From a virus, in the IMG/VR virus record IMGVR_UViG_3300032076_000022: a stretch of DNA of 40,475 bases. One strand, 5' to 3'. Positions 21,647 through 30,371 of this stretch are shown piece by piece. Position numbers and translations under genes: made by a program. Under the pieces are notes generated by a model. The model saw nothing but the letters and a program-made list of their open reading frames with translations. It searched no databases and had not been told where the DNA came from. Each line of letters opens with the position of its first letter. Positions within the stretch are counted from its first letter, which is position 1.

Positions 21647-21994
21647 TTACTTCTTCTTCGTCGCCGCGATCTTGATGCCAGCGACCGGCGTGATGACGAT
21701 GCCCGTCACCGTCACTGCAGCGACCACCTCATACGTCGCGCTGTCGGTGAACTGCCCCGTGCTGTCGGTGACGTGAAACGAACCCTGCCCGAGTGCTGGC
21801 GGCGCACCGGCTTGCACGACGCCTGCCGTGCCGTCCGGATTGACTTGCGCTGCGCCGAGCGACGGGTCGCTGTCGTTGGTCAGCGTGCAGGTGATGCCTG
21901 CATTCGCCAGCGACGTCGTCGTGCCATCCGACAGCATTGCGAGTACAACGAAATTCGCTGACCCGCCTTGCGGGATATTGCCAAAATCAACCAT
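21647..21994 (-). CDS. Bacterial Ig-like (Big_2-type) domain protein (115 aa)
   Basis: GAGGAG SD and ATG 21994. SFHVTDSTGQFTDSATYEVVAAVTVTGIVITP is a typical Big_2-style ending, followed by a KKK tail. Confidence 0.6.
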   Translation of the reverse strand: MVDFGNIPQGGSANFVVLAMLSDGTTTSLANAGITCTLTNDSDPSLGAAQVNPDGTAGVVQAGAPPALGQGSFHVTDSTGQFTDSATYEVVAAVTVTGIVITPVAGIKIAATKKK

Positions 21995-22045
21995 TGCTAT
22001 CTCCTCAGATGAGTGGGGTGTCCTGTCCCTATGGACGGGGTTACC

Positions 22046-23893
22046 CTACGCCGCATTCTTTTCCAGTAGTTGAATCCTTGCGGTCAATTCCTGAATAGCG
22101 CGGACCATGGGTGCGATCAATTCGTTGTAGCCGAGCAGGTAGGTGCCCTTCTCGTCGTTCTCCCGCATCAAGAGCGCGAGGTTCCCCTTGCCGTCCCCGA
22201 TGGTGCGCTCCGTCAGTTGCGCATCCGGCGTGAGCATCAGCAACGCTTGCTGGACTTCCTGCGCGATGAACCCGTACCGCTTCACCGCCGGCGAGCTCGA
22301 GAGACGGTAGGACACCGGCTTCAGCTGCTTCATGAAATCGGCGCCGAGCGTGAGATCCTCGACGTCATGCTTGTCGCGGCGATCGGACAGCGTATTGATC
22401 GTCGTGACCTGGCAGCGCAGGAAGCCGATGCTCGAGTTCCCGAGCACGATGGTGTTGCTCGCGGTCAGGATCGCGGCGTTGCCGAGCGCCATCCCGTTCG
22501 TGTAGCCGTTGCCGTTCGATTGCGCCGAGTCGCCAAGGAAGGTGTTATGGTCGCCGGTTGTAATCGCCGTCCCCGCGAATCCGGCCTGGTAGCCGATGGC
22601 GACGTTGGAGTTGCCGGTCGCGTTCTGCAGCGCCGATACCCCGATGGCGATCTCGTTACTGCCGCCGCCGGTCTGCAGTGCGAAGGGGCCGATGGCAACC
22701 GAGTTGGACGTGGCCGCTGCGCCGAGCGCGCTGTTGCCGACGGCGACGTTGTTGAAGCCGTTGAACAGCGTCACCCCGGCCTGGTAGCCGACGAGCGTGC
22801 AGTTGCCGTTCGCATTGTTGAGCGCGGTCCCCGCATTGAACCCGACCGCCGTGGTGTTCGGTACGTTCGATCCGGTCGAGAGGGCACCCGAGCCGACCGC
22901 CGTCATGCCCGCTCCGCCCGGCGCCAATGCGTTCTGCGCGGCCTGGTAGCCCAGCGCCGTTACGTCATTCGCTCCGCCCGATGCCCCCGCCGCAGTTTGT
23001 CCGACCGCCGTTACACGGCTGACCGAACTGCCGATGAGCGTGCTGTTGCCGACGGCGACATTGCTGACGCCACTACCCACGTTCGGGCCGCTGCCCGAGC
23101 CGATGCAGACGTTCCCGCCGCCCGTAGTAACACCCTGTCCCGCGTTGTTGCCGATGGCAATGTTGCCCACCGAGTTCGCAGCGGGCAACGTGTTGGTGCC
23201 GATGGCGATACATTGCGCTGCCAGCGCAGCGGACGTTGCCATTGCCCCGTTGCCGATGGCAACGCAATTCGCGCCCCCGCCCGTGACGGCGTTCTGCATG
23301 GCCTGATACCCGATGGCAATCGCGGTCGCGCCCCCGGTGAAGTTCTGCATCGCCTGATAGCCGATAGCGAGGTTGGTGCCGCTGACAATCGCCGCTCCCG
23401 CACTGCTGCCGATGCAGATGTTCTGCGAACCGCTGCTGTCGTTCAGGAGCGCGTTGGCCCCGACGGCGATGCAGTCGGTTGCCGTGGTGAGCGTCAGCGC
23501 CGCGTTGTATCCGACCGCGACGTTGTTGGTGTTGATGAACGGCGCACCGTTGAAATGTTGCAACGCCTGCGCGCCGACTGCCGTGTTGCCGTTGCTTTGC
23601 GTCAACGCCGAGAGTGCCGTATTGCCGAACGCGCTGTTGAAGGTGCCGGAAGCGTTCGCCGCGAGCGCCCCGCTGCCATAGGCCGAATTGCTCAGACCGG
23701 GATCTTGGAAACCGCCGCCATAGAACGGGCCGGTCAGCGGCATGGCGTTGGCGTTGACCTGAGTCAAGATCCAGTTGTAGTTCGCCATCACCGGACCAGC
23801 GTCCGCGAGCGTGCCGTCCACGATGTTGTTCGGCAGCGGCCCGACGATCACGGGCAGCGCAAGGAACTGCTGGAAGAATGCGCGTCGATTCAT
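22046..23893 (-). CDS. Tail fibre with YadA-head-like repeats and C-terminal S74 intramolecular chaperone
   Basis: ATG 23893 (MNRRAFFQQ); the ORF track begins at TTG 23971. About 20 copies of N-x-A-[IV]-G-x-x-A-[LM]. The C-terminus, SDRRDKHDV...YGFIAQEVQQ...LIAPMVRAIQELTARIQLLE, matches the endosialidase-chaperone (Peptidase_S74) pattern. Confidence 0.85.
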   Translation of the reverse strand: MNRRAFFQQFLALPVIVGPLPNNIVDGTLADAGPVMANYNWILTQVNANAMPLTGPFYGGGFQDPGLSNSAYGSGALAANASGTFNSAFGNTALSALTQSNGNTAVGAQALQHFNGAPFINTNNVAVGYNAALTLTTATDCIAVGANALLNDSSGSQNICIGSSAGAAIVSGTNLAIGYQAMQNFTGGATAIAIGYQAMQNAVTGGGANCVAIGNGAMATSAALAAQCIAIGTNTLPAANSVGNIAIGNNAGQGVTTGGGNVCIGSGSGPNVGSGVSNVAVGNSTLIGSSVSRVTAVGQTAAGASGGANDVTALGYQAAQNALAPGGAGMTAVGSGALSTGSNVPNTTAVGFNAGTALNNANGNCTLVGYQAGVTLFNGFNNVAVGNSALGAAATSNSVAIGPFALQTGGGSNEIAIGVSALQNATGNSNVAIGYQAGFAGTAITTGDHNTFLGDSAQSNGNGYTNGMALGNAAILTASNTIVLGNSSIGFLRCQVTTINTLSDRRDKHDVEDLTLGADFMKQLKPVSYRLSSSPAVKRYGFIAQEVQQALLMLTPDAQLTERTIGDGKGNLALLMRENDEKGTYLLGYNELIAPMVRAIQELTARIQLLEKNAA

Positions 23894-23903
23894 GATGGCC
23901 CCT

Positions 23904-24767
23904 TTAGGTCGAGTACCAGCCGTTGCCTGCGATGACGGTGTTATTGTTGAAGTCAAGGTTTCCGAGAGCAATCACCGAACCCGGACTCAGCGCGATATAG
24001 CGCAAATTGAGCGTGGCCGCGCCGGGGTTGAGACTCATGAGGAATGTGCTCCCCGACGCCAGCGCAGTAGCCAGATTCCACGCTTGGCCGGGGATCGGAA
24101 TGAACTGGTTCGGCGTGTTCGGATACCCCGCATTGATATTCTGCGGCAATCCGGTGACGAGCGCCGCGCCTGCAGACGATCCCTTGGCCGACAGTTGGAA
24201 CATGAAGGCGATATAGACCATGTTGTTCAACTTCTGCCAAATGCCATTCTGCGAAGCGAAGGTCATGCCGACGCTCGCGCCGCCGAAGGTGAGTCCCGGC
24301 GTCCAAGTGCTCAATGCACCGGTCGATTGCACGCTCATCAGCATGTAGACGGTGCCGGTATCGCATACGTCGTACTCGCCCCCGGCGGTGATCTCGCCGC
24401 CAGTCAACGCCGATCCTGCTGGCGTCGTGACCGTCCGCACACCGAGTCCGCTGGTGTTGATCGTGACCGGACCCGAGTTGGTGTTCGCGGCGCGGAAGCG
24501 GAACGATTGCCCTTCCGCATACGCAAGGATCGGCGTCGAGGGTGCGAGCGTGATCGCATTGCCCGTGCCGCCGACTGCCGCCTGCGGGACGTAGACGACC
24601 TGGTTCGCTGCCGACGGAATGAGCGGCGGAACATTCGCGTTGACCTGATTGACGATCCAGTTGAAGTCATTCATCACCGGGACCGCGTCAACGAGATCGC
24701 CGTCGTGGATGATGTTCGGCAGCGGACCGATGATGGCCGCGAGCCGCAGGAAGTTGCGTAGGTTCAT
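23904..24767 (-). CDS. Second tail fibre / receptor-binding protein (287 aa)
   Basis: GAGGA SD and ATG 24767. The N-terminal 50 aa are paralogous to the downstream fibre (GPLPN.I.DG.L.DA.PVM...NWI..QVNAN). FRFRAANTNSGPVTINTSGLG is typical fibre-shaft sequence. Confidence 0.7.
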   Translation of the reverse strand: MNLRNFLRLAAIIGPLPNIIHDGDLVDAVPVMNDFNWIVNQVNANVPPLIPSAANQVVYVPQAAVGGTGNAITLAPSTPILAYAEGQSFRFRAANTNSGPVTINTSGLGVRTVTTPAGSALTGGEITAGGEYDVCDTGTVYMLMSVQSTGALSTWTPGLTFGGASVGMTFASQNGIWQKLNNMVYIAFMFQLSAKGSSAGAALVTGLPQNINAGYPNTPNQFIPIPGQAWNLATALASGSTFLMSLNPGAATLNLRYIALSPGSVIALGNLDFNNNTVIAGNGWYST

Positions 24768-24774
24768 GGCGTCC

Positions 24775-25599
24775 TCAATTCGGTGTTTCTGCGATTAACT
24801 GCATAAAGGCGTGGGTTACGCTGGTCGCGTTGCTGTTGGCGATGCCGCAATGCGGCGCAAGGAATACCGAGTTCTGCGGCAAGTCCGACGAGATCACCCC
24901 GAAGTCGGAGAAATTGGCGTCAAGCCGCTGGATCGCCCAGTTGATCGTGGAGGCGTTCGGCAGACACCACAGATGGAACTCGAAGCACGCCGCCCGCACG
25001 CTCGTACTCGGGAAGTTCGCACCCAAATCCTTCGCTTGCGTTGCCGTGCCGACGTTATCGTTCGACATGACCCGCAGCGTCGTCTGCGTGTCGTCGCAAC
25101 CGACGTAGACGCAATTGGTGTTGGCGGACGGATCGCCCGTGCCGAGCGCCGTCGTCTGATTGAACAGCCCGACCATTTGCCGCTTCGTGACCGAGGCGAA
25201 TATGTCTATCGCCCAGCGGAACGAAACGTGGAAGCCGCCGAAGCCTGCTGCACTTCCAATCCCCATCCATTGCCGACCGATGCGGACGCCCGCCCATGTA
25301 GTCGAGGCGGTGAGACAGCGATCCCATGTGTCGTAATAAGTCCCTGCCGCGAGGGAGCCGGAACCGCCACCGCCCGTGCCGCCGCCTGCCGCTACACCGG
25401 AATAACCATCGACCAAGAGCGCGCCGCCGCCTGTGCCGGTCATGATGGCAAGCCGCGTGCCGATGGTGCCGAAGAATCCGGTGCGCCAGCCGGGAATGTT
25501 CGGCGCGACCGGCACGCCGCCCATGTTCCACACCATCTTTTTGTTGATGTTGTCCCATTGCAGAAATTGCCCTTCCTGAGTGCCAGCGCCGACGTACAT
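24775..25599 (-). CDS. Tail-associated hypothetical protein (274 aa)
   Basis: ATG 25599 directly follows the upstream TAG. Gly-rich loop GGGTGGGGSGS. Function inferred from position between nozzle and fibres. Confidence 0.6.
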   Translation of the reverse strand: MYVGAGTQEGQFLQWDNINKKMVWNMGGVPVAPNIPGWRTGFFGTIGTRLAIMTGTGGGALLVDGYSGVAAGGGTGGGGSGSLAAGTYYDTWDRCLTASTTWAGVRIGRQWMGIGSAAGFGGFHVSFRWAIDIFASVTKRQMVGLFNQTTALGTGDPSANTNCVYVGCDDTQTTLRVMSNDNVGTATQAKDLGANFPSTSVRAACFEFHLWCLPNASTINWAIQRLDANFSDFGVISSDLPQNSVFLAPHCGIANSNATSVTHAFMQLIAETPN

Positions 25600-28482
25600 C
25601 TACATGACTCCCCATTTCGACACGCCATCACTCTCAAGGTCCGCAGCCTGCAACGCCCCGAGCACCAGCGTCGTCGCGCCGTCAATCGTGTCCGCACCCG
25701 CGCGCGAGATCGTGAGGTTGTTCACCGAACTGTCGATGCGCTTGATCCGCAACCCGACCGAGAACCCCGCGCCGTCGCCGTTCGCCGCTGGCAACGTCAG
25801 CGTCCATGCCGCGCCCGTGGTGTCGGCAAAGATGATGCTGTCGTTGATCGTCGCGGCATACGTCGTGGTCTTGGTGACGACGTTCCGCGAGAACCCGTTG
25901 ACCACCTGCGTCACGAACGATGTCGTGACCTGCACCCCCGGCGTACCGTTGATCGCTAACTGGATCGGCTGGATCGCGCCCGTGCCGAGGTTGACCGAGT
26001 TCAGGATGTGGCCGGTGGTGCGCGCCTGAATGGCGAGCCGCGAGTGATTCGAGAAGTCGCTCGCGTTGTAGAGTTGTATCCCCGCAGCGGTCCCCGCGCC
26101 GTTCGGGATGATGTTGTAGATCGAATTGCCGTTGAGCGTCGTGCTCTGGAACGTGAGCCGGTTCGCGAGCGTCGCGTTGCTCATGTCCCCCATGATCTTG
26201 CTGCCCTGCTGCAAGGTCAGGATCGAGGTGAACCCGAACGTCCACGAAGCGTTCGCGCCGATGGTGACGGTCGAACCCGACTGGACCGTCCAATTCATAT
26301 TGATGTCGGTCGTCCATGTGAGGTTTTGACCCCAGGTCACAAACGAGGTGTTGCCGGTCTGCAGCGTCGAAGTGTCGTTTTGAACGATGCTGCTGCCGAC
26401 CCCCTGCTGGATAACGCCGACGCCCGCCATCAGGATCGAGGTGCCGGTGTCCGTCTGGACCGCCTGCAGCCCCGAGTTCCAGAGCAGGTGCGAACTGCCA
26501 CCGAACACGCCCGCGTTGTCGAACTGGATCGAGTTCGCGGGTGGAGACGGAATTCCGCCACCACCACCGCCCCCCGGGATGTTGACCGTGGCAATCGCCC
26601 CCGCCCCGGTCGCCGTCTGACCCGCACCCGTGAAGTTGATGGTGTTGATCCCGGCAATGGTGCCGACTGCGACCCCGCTTTCCTGCACCGTGATGCCCTG
26701 GATGCCAACGCCGGGACCGATGCCTACCCCTGCGCCCGGGCCGGTGCCGAACCCCGTGGTCCCCGCGATGCTCGATACCGTGATCGAGGTGGGGACCATG
26801 TAGCCCGTCTGCTGGTAGCGCGCGTAAAACGTGCCCACCCCGACGAACTCGGACGCCGTCACGCTCACCTGCAACTGCATCTTCTCGAAGACGAGCGGCG
26901 CCGCCCAGGACACTGCGTAGGGCGACGGGATCTGCTGCCCGGATAGCCAGATCGCTCCCGAGCCGAAATGCGCGGCATCGCCCCACAATTCGCCACCACC
27001 CCAGACGATGGAGTGTGCCCACAGAGTGCCGTCCCCCCAGATGAACGCGCCCCAGTCCGCGCCCCCGGACGACACCCCCATCACCACCTGCCCCATCACG
27101 ACGCCCTGCTCGTTCTGCGCCTGCACCGTGTAGAACGACAGCCCAAGGGACGCCTCGAGCTCCAGCTGCGATTCCGCGACCTGCTTGGTCAACATGTCCC
27201 CGGTCTTCGGGAACGTGCTCGAGAGCATCAGGCAGGTGTATGCGCTGTCGAGATCGGTGAAGACCGAAGACGACGTCTGTTCGTCCTGACTGTAGATCAG
27301 GACGCCGGGATTGTTGACCGACGACAGGATGAAGTCGCGCCCGAAGGGCGACGCGCAGTCATAGCCGAAGGTATGCGGTCCGGTCCAGCGCCGCCGCAAT
27401 TCATCGAACCAGTAATCATTCTGGGTCTGCACGCCCTTGATGACCGTCGGCCCGGAGATCCGATAGGTCGAAGATCCGTAAGCCGCCGCCCAGCGCGTAG
27501 GCGTCTGCGCGTTCTGGAACGGAACCTTGATGTCGGGGTTGCTCTGCTGCGCGCTGTTGGTCAGCGCCCGCAAGCTGCCGAGGGCGTCGATGAAGTACGG
27601 ACCCCCCGCCGCCATGAAGTACAGCCCGGAGGTCGCCAGCGCGACCGAGCGCGGCATTGCCGTTCCGACGGTGAGCGAGACGTAGTTGAGCGCGAGGTTG
27701 CTCAAGACCGAATCGCCCGTCACCTGCCAGACCTGGGAGGTCTGCTTGAAGACGTACAACGCCTGCACGACGCCGCTCGAGGTGGTCTGCACCGGCAGAC
27801 CCGCGAGCGCGTTGACGATCGTCTGGTCCCCGACCACCAAGGCCTGGTTCGCGTTGGTGCGCGTCGGCGGGTTGGTGAGGATGTCGGTGAACTGCAGTTG
27901 ATTCGCAACCGCGAAGTACGCGCGATTGTTGAAGTTCGCGACGGCATTCGGAACTGCGGTGAGTCCGTTCGTGGCCGTGTCGCCCGCGTGCCAGACCGGA
28001 GCCGTCGGCGTGGTGACGTCGAACCAGCCGAACTTGTTGACGGTGGACGCGAACCCCGGGTGCGTGACGATCACCATCGTCCCGACGCTCGCCATCGTCG
28101 GCGGAATCCAGTCGCCCGTGGTGTTGGGCGAGGCCGGGCACCCCGCGCCGGTCACCCCGGTCAGCGGGACGAAGGTGCCGGTCACCAGGTTGAAGACGAA
28201 CGGTTCGTCCTTCCCGGAGAAGCGCCCGGTCGAGATCATCCCGTAGCACAGAGTCCCGATGACAATTTGCACCGAGACGAACCCGGGGGTGGTGAAGCCT
28301 GCGGTGTTGAAGATCGCCTTCCGGGTCACACCCGGGCGGGCGATGATGATCTCGGGATTCGACTGGTCGAAGATGAAGTTCTGCAGTAGCTGGCAGCTAC
28401 CGGGGAACTCATTGGTCGAATCGTAGGCGTCCGTCAACCCTTCTGGGGTGAAACGCATCGGATGGCTTTTGTTGATAGCCAT
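25600..28482 (-). CDS. Large tail hub / nozzle-like protein with fibre-like C-terminal extension (960 aa)
   Basis: Largest ORF. The N-terminal ~550 aa is beta-rich. A PGGGGGGGIP linker is followed by a beta-helix-like region and a C-terminal fibre-tip-like domain (TLTLPAANGDGAGFSVGLRIKRIDSSVNNLTISRAG..TIDG). The assignment as tail tubular protein B equivalent rests on synteny. Confidence 0.5.
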   Translation of the reverse strand: MAINKSHPMRFTPEGLTDAYDSTNEFPGSCQLLQNFIFDQSNPEIIIARPGVTRKAIFNTAGFTTPGFVSVQIVIGTLCYGMISTGRFSGKDEPFVFNLVTGTFVPLTGVTGAGCPASPNTTGDWIPPTMASVGTMVIVTHPGFASTVNKFGWFDVTTPTAPVWHAGDTATNGLTAVPNAVANFNNRAYFAVANQLQFTDILTNPPTRTNANQALVVGDQTIVNALAGLPVQTTSSGVVQALYVFKQTSQVWQVTGDSVLSNLALNYVSLTVGTAMPRSVALATSGLYFMAAGGPYFIDALGSLRALTNSAQQSNPDIKVPFQNAQTPTRWAAAYGSSTYRISGPTVIKGVQTQNDYWFDELRRRWTGPHTFGYDCASPFGRDFILSSVNNPGVLIYSQDEQTSSSVFTDLDSAYTCLMLSSTFPKTGDMLTKQVAESQLELEASLGLSFYTVQAQNEQGVVMGQVVMGVSSGGADWGAFIWGDGTLWAHSIVWGGGELWGDAAHFGSGAIWLSGQQIPSPYAVSWAAPLVFEKMQLQVSVTASEFVGVGTFYARYQQTGYMVPTSITVSSIAGTTGFGTGPGAGVGIGPGVGIQGITVQESGVAVGTIAGINTINFTGAGQTATGAGAIATVNIPGGGGGGGIPSPPANSIQFDNAGVFGGSSHLLWNSGLQAVQTDTGTSILMAGVGVIQQGVGSSIVQNDTSTLQTGNTSFVTWGQNLTWTTDINMNWTVQSGSTVTIGANASWTFGFTSILTLQQGSKIMGDMSNATLANRLTFQSTTLNGNSIYNIIPNGAGTAAGIQLYNASDFSNHSRLAIQARTTGHILNSVNLGTGAIQPIQLAINGTPGVQVTTSFVTQVVNGFSRNVVTKTTTYAATINDSIIFADTTGAAWTLTLPAANGDGAGFSVGLRIKRIDSSVNNLTISRAGADTIDGATTLVLGALQAADLESDGVSKWGVM

Positions 28483-28491
28483 GATGCGCGC

Positions 28492-29274
28492 CTACATCGG
28501 TGATGCTTTGGTCGGCTTCAGGTTCCTGATGAACTTGAACTTCCGGGGATCGAGTTTGATGTCATGGATCGCGGACTGCTCGTCGCCGTCCATGATGAGA
28601 TACGGGCGCAGCAACTTGTCGGCATTCGCGAAGTACGAGTCGCGCCGGTCGTCGCCGGTCACGCCCATCAGGCGTGCCGCAGTCGCGACAATGAGATAGT
28701 CGGTGAAGGGGAACCATGGCGTGATGTTCGACGTTTCGGGCGTCGTCAGATCCGGCTGGTTCACCATGTAGCGGTGGGTGAGGACTAATGCGCCAGAAGT
28801 TTGCGGGTAGATGAACATCTGTCCCGCGCTGGTCTTGTTCCCGATCCCGGTGAACAGACCGGGCGTGGTGTTCGCGGGTAGCGTCGGACTGTTATCCCAT
28901 ATTTGCGCTTGCGTCGATAGGTCGGTCGCAAACTCATACGGGTAATTGGAAACGGACGGCGATTTGAACTCGGCATCGAACTGCTCCATCGTGACCGGAG
29001 TCAGGAATTGCGTCATCGACGACGAGGTCGCGCCCCCGGCGACCGGCAGCGGGTAGAACAGATCGTAGGTGCGAAGGTAATCCGCTTCCAGCTTGAAGGG
29101 GCCGTAGCCCCCGGGGATTACCGTGATGAACTGCGTAACCTGATTCATCTTCAGGTTACGGTTGATCTTCAGATCTTCAAGGACGACGTTCAGGTACTGA
29201 CCGGCGATGTTCACCATGCCGGTGCCGCCCTTGGCTTCCCATGAGGCGAGTTGGACGATTTGTTTCGCTTGCAT
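28492..29274 (-). CDS. Head-to-tail adaptor / tail tubular A-like protein (260 aa)
   Basis: Lies immediately upstream of the hub gene in the podovirus-like order. No motif recognised, so the function rests on synteny only. Confidence 0.4.
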   Translation of the reverse strand: MQAKQIVQLASWEAKGGTGMVNIAGQYLNVVLEDLKINRNLKMNQVTQFITVIPGGYGPFKLEADYLRTYDLFYPLPVAGGATSSSMTQFLTPVTMEQFDAEFKSPSVSNYPYEFATDLSTQAQIWDNSPTLPANTTPGLFTGIGNKTSAGQMFIYPQTSGALVLTHRYMVNQPDLTTPETSNITPWFPFTDYLIVATAARLMGVTGDDRRDSYFANADKLLRPYLIMDGDEQSAIHDIKLDPRKFKFIRNLKPTKASPM

Positions 29275-29280
29275 CTCTCA

Positions 29281-29700
29281 TCACGTCATTGCGAGCGTCT
29301 TTTCGGCTGCCTGGATCGCTGCGTCGAGCGACTCGATCCTTTGTTTCGCGGCGTGGACGTTCGGCTCGAGGTTGTTCAGCATCAACTGCTCCTGCGAACT
29401 CAGTTTCTTCCCGCCGTTGCGCTTGTTGATAAGTCCTTCCGCCGCGTTCTGCTGCGCGTCGATGTTGATCTTCTCGTAGGTGATCTGCGCCCGCTTGTTG
29501 ACGACGTCGGCGCGGATGAACTGGCGGTCCAGCGTGTCCTGCAACCAGTCGATGCGCGCGTTCAGCCGCTTGCTGTCGTCCTTGTCGTAGATGTACCCCG
29601 TGACCCGGATGCCTCTCTTGTCGGAGAGGTTCAGGGTGATCTCGAAGTTGCCTACAATGCGTTCGCTGACGTCTGCCGGTCCCTGCGGCGTTTCGATCAT
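29281..29700 (-). CDS. Hypothetical structural-module protein (139 aa)
   Basis: ATGA overlap with the upstream gene. Begins MIETPQGPADVSERIVGNFEITLNLSDKRGIRVTGYIYDKDD. Confidence 0.6.
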   Translation of the reverse strand: MIETPQGPADVSERIVGNFEITLNLSDKRGIRVTGYIYDKDDSKRLNARIDWLQDTLDRQFIRADVVNKRAQITYEKINIDAQQNAAEGLINKRNGGKKLSSQEQLMLNNLEPNVHAAKQRIESLDAAIQAAEKTLAMT

Positions 29701-30302
29701 CCCGTCATCCTCATCGAGATCGTGTTCTGCGGGTTCACGTCCTTGTTTGCCTTGCGATAGAAGTTCTCGTCGGAGCCGTGGATCTCGCGGTCATGCGCCC
29801 ACATCCGGAACACCATGTCCTTCACGGTGCGCAGCGTGTCGATGTCGAGTTCCACCGTTGCGCCGTGGTAAAGCGGCATGCCGTTGATCTTCATGTCCGA
29901 GCCGCCGCACGGGGGCATGTTGATCTTGTAGAAGAAGGTCGGCAGTTCCACCGTCTTGAATTCGGGGCGTAGGATCTCGCGCCCGTCCTCCTTGTAGCCT
30001 GCGATCTTGTACTTCGCGAGGCGCCGCACCTTGACCAGCTTGCCGGTCGCCACTTCGCGATTCGAGTCCGCACCGAGGCTGTTGATCCCCTGCAGGGATG
30101 CGAGCAGGGCAAGTTCCTCGTCGCTGCGCTGCGCGGTCGCCGCCGCCAGCTTTTCCGTCAGATCCGCGATCTGCTTCTTGAGCGATGCGGTGTCTTCCGG
30201 TCCGACACCCTCAATCGAGGCGATCTCCGCGTGGGATTCCTTTCGCTTCAGAGCACGCTCGCGTGCCGCCGCCTTCTGTTCCGCTGTCCACTTGCGTGCC
30301 AT
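29697..30302 (-). CDS. Hypothetical structural-module protein (201 aa)
   Basis: GGAG SD 7 nt before ATG 30302. First gene after the capsid-gene terminator. The N-terminal part is charged and helical. Confidence 0.65.
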   Translation of the reverse strand: MARKWTAEQKAAARERALKRKESHAEIASIEGVGPEDTASLKKQIADLTEKLAAATAQRSDEELALLASLQGINSLGADSNREVATGKLVKVRRLAKYKIAGYKEDGREILRPEFKTVELPTFFYKINMPPCGGSDMKINGMPLYHGATVELDIDTLRTVKDMVFRMWAHDREIHGSDENFYRKANKDVNPQNTISMRMTG

Positions 30303-30313
30303 CGTCTTGCTCC

Positions 30314-30359
30314 GAAGAAAATAGGGGGCGGGACCGAGAGGGATCGCAACCCCGCCCCC
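30314..30359 (-). terminator. Intrinsic terminator downstream of the major capsid gene
   Basis: The minus-strand RNA forms GGGGGCGGG (from 30359-30351), an 18-nt loop, then CCCGCCCCC (30332-30324), followed by UAUUUUCUUC (30323-30314). The stem is 9 bp and all G:C. Confidence 0.75.
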
Positions 30360-30371
30360 AGACAGGATGGA

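Noticed and set aside
22483-23611. The highly repetitive nucleotide region in the fibre gene could be mistaken for a CRISPR array or for a diversity-generating retroelement target.
   Set aside because: The repeats are in-frame degenerate peptide repeats with no spacer architecture. No reverse transcriptase gene or template repeat is present anywhere in the window.
23830-23893. A twin-arginine (Tat) signal-like N-terminus, MNRRAFFQQFLALPVIVG, on fibre B.
   Set aside because: I do not call it an export signal. Tail fibres assemble in the cytoplasm, the paralogous fibre A lacks the RR pair, and a similar leader occurs on the capsid and scaffold proteins. It is treated instead as part of the shared-leader finding.
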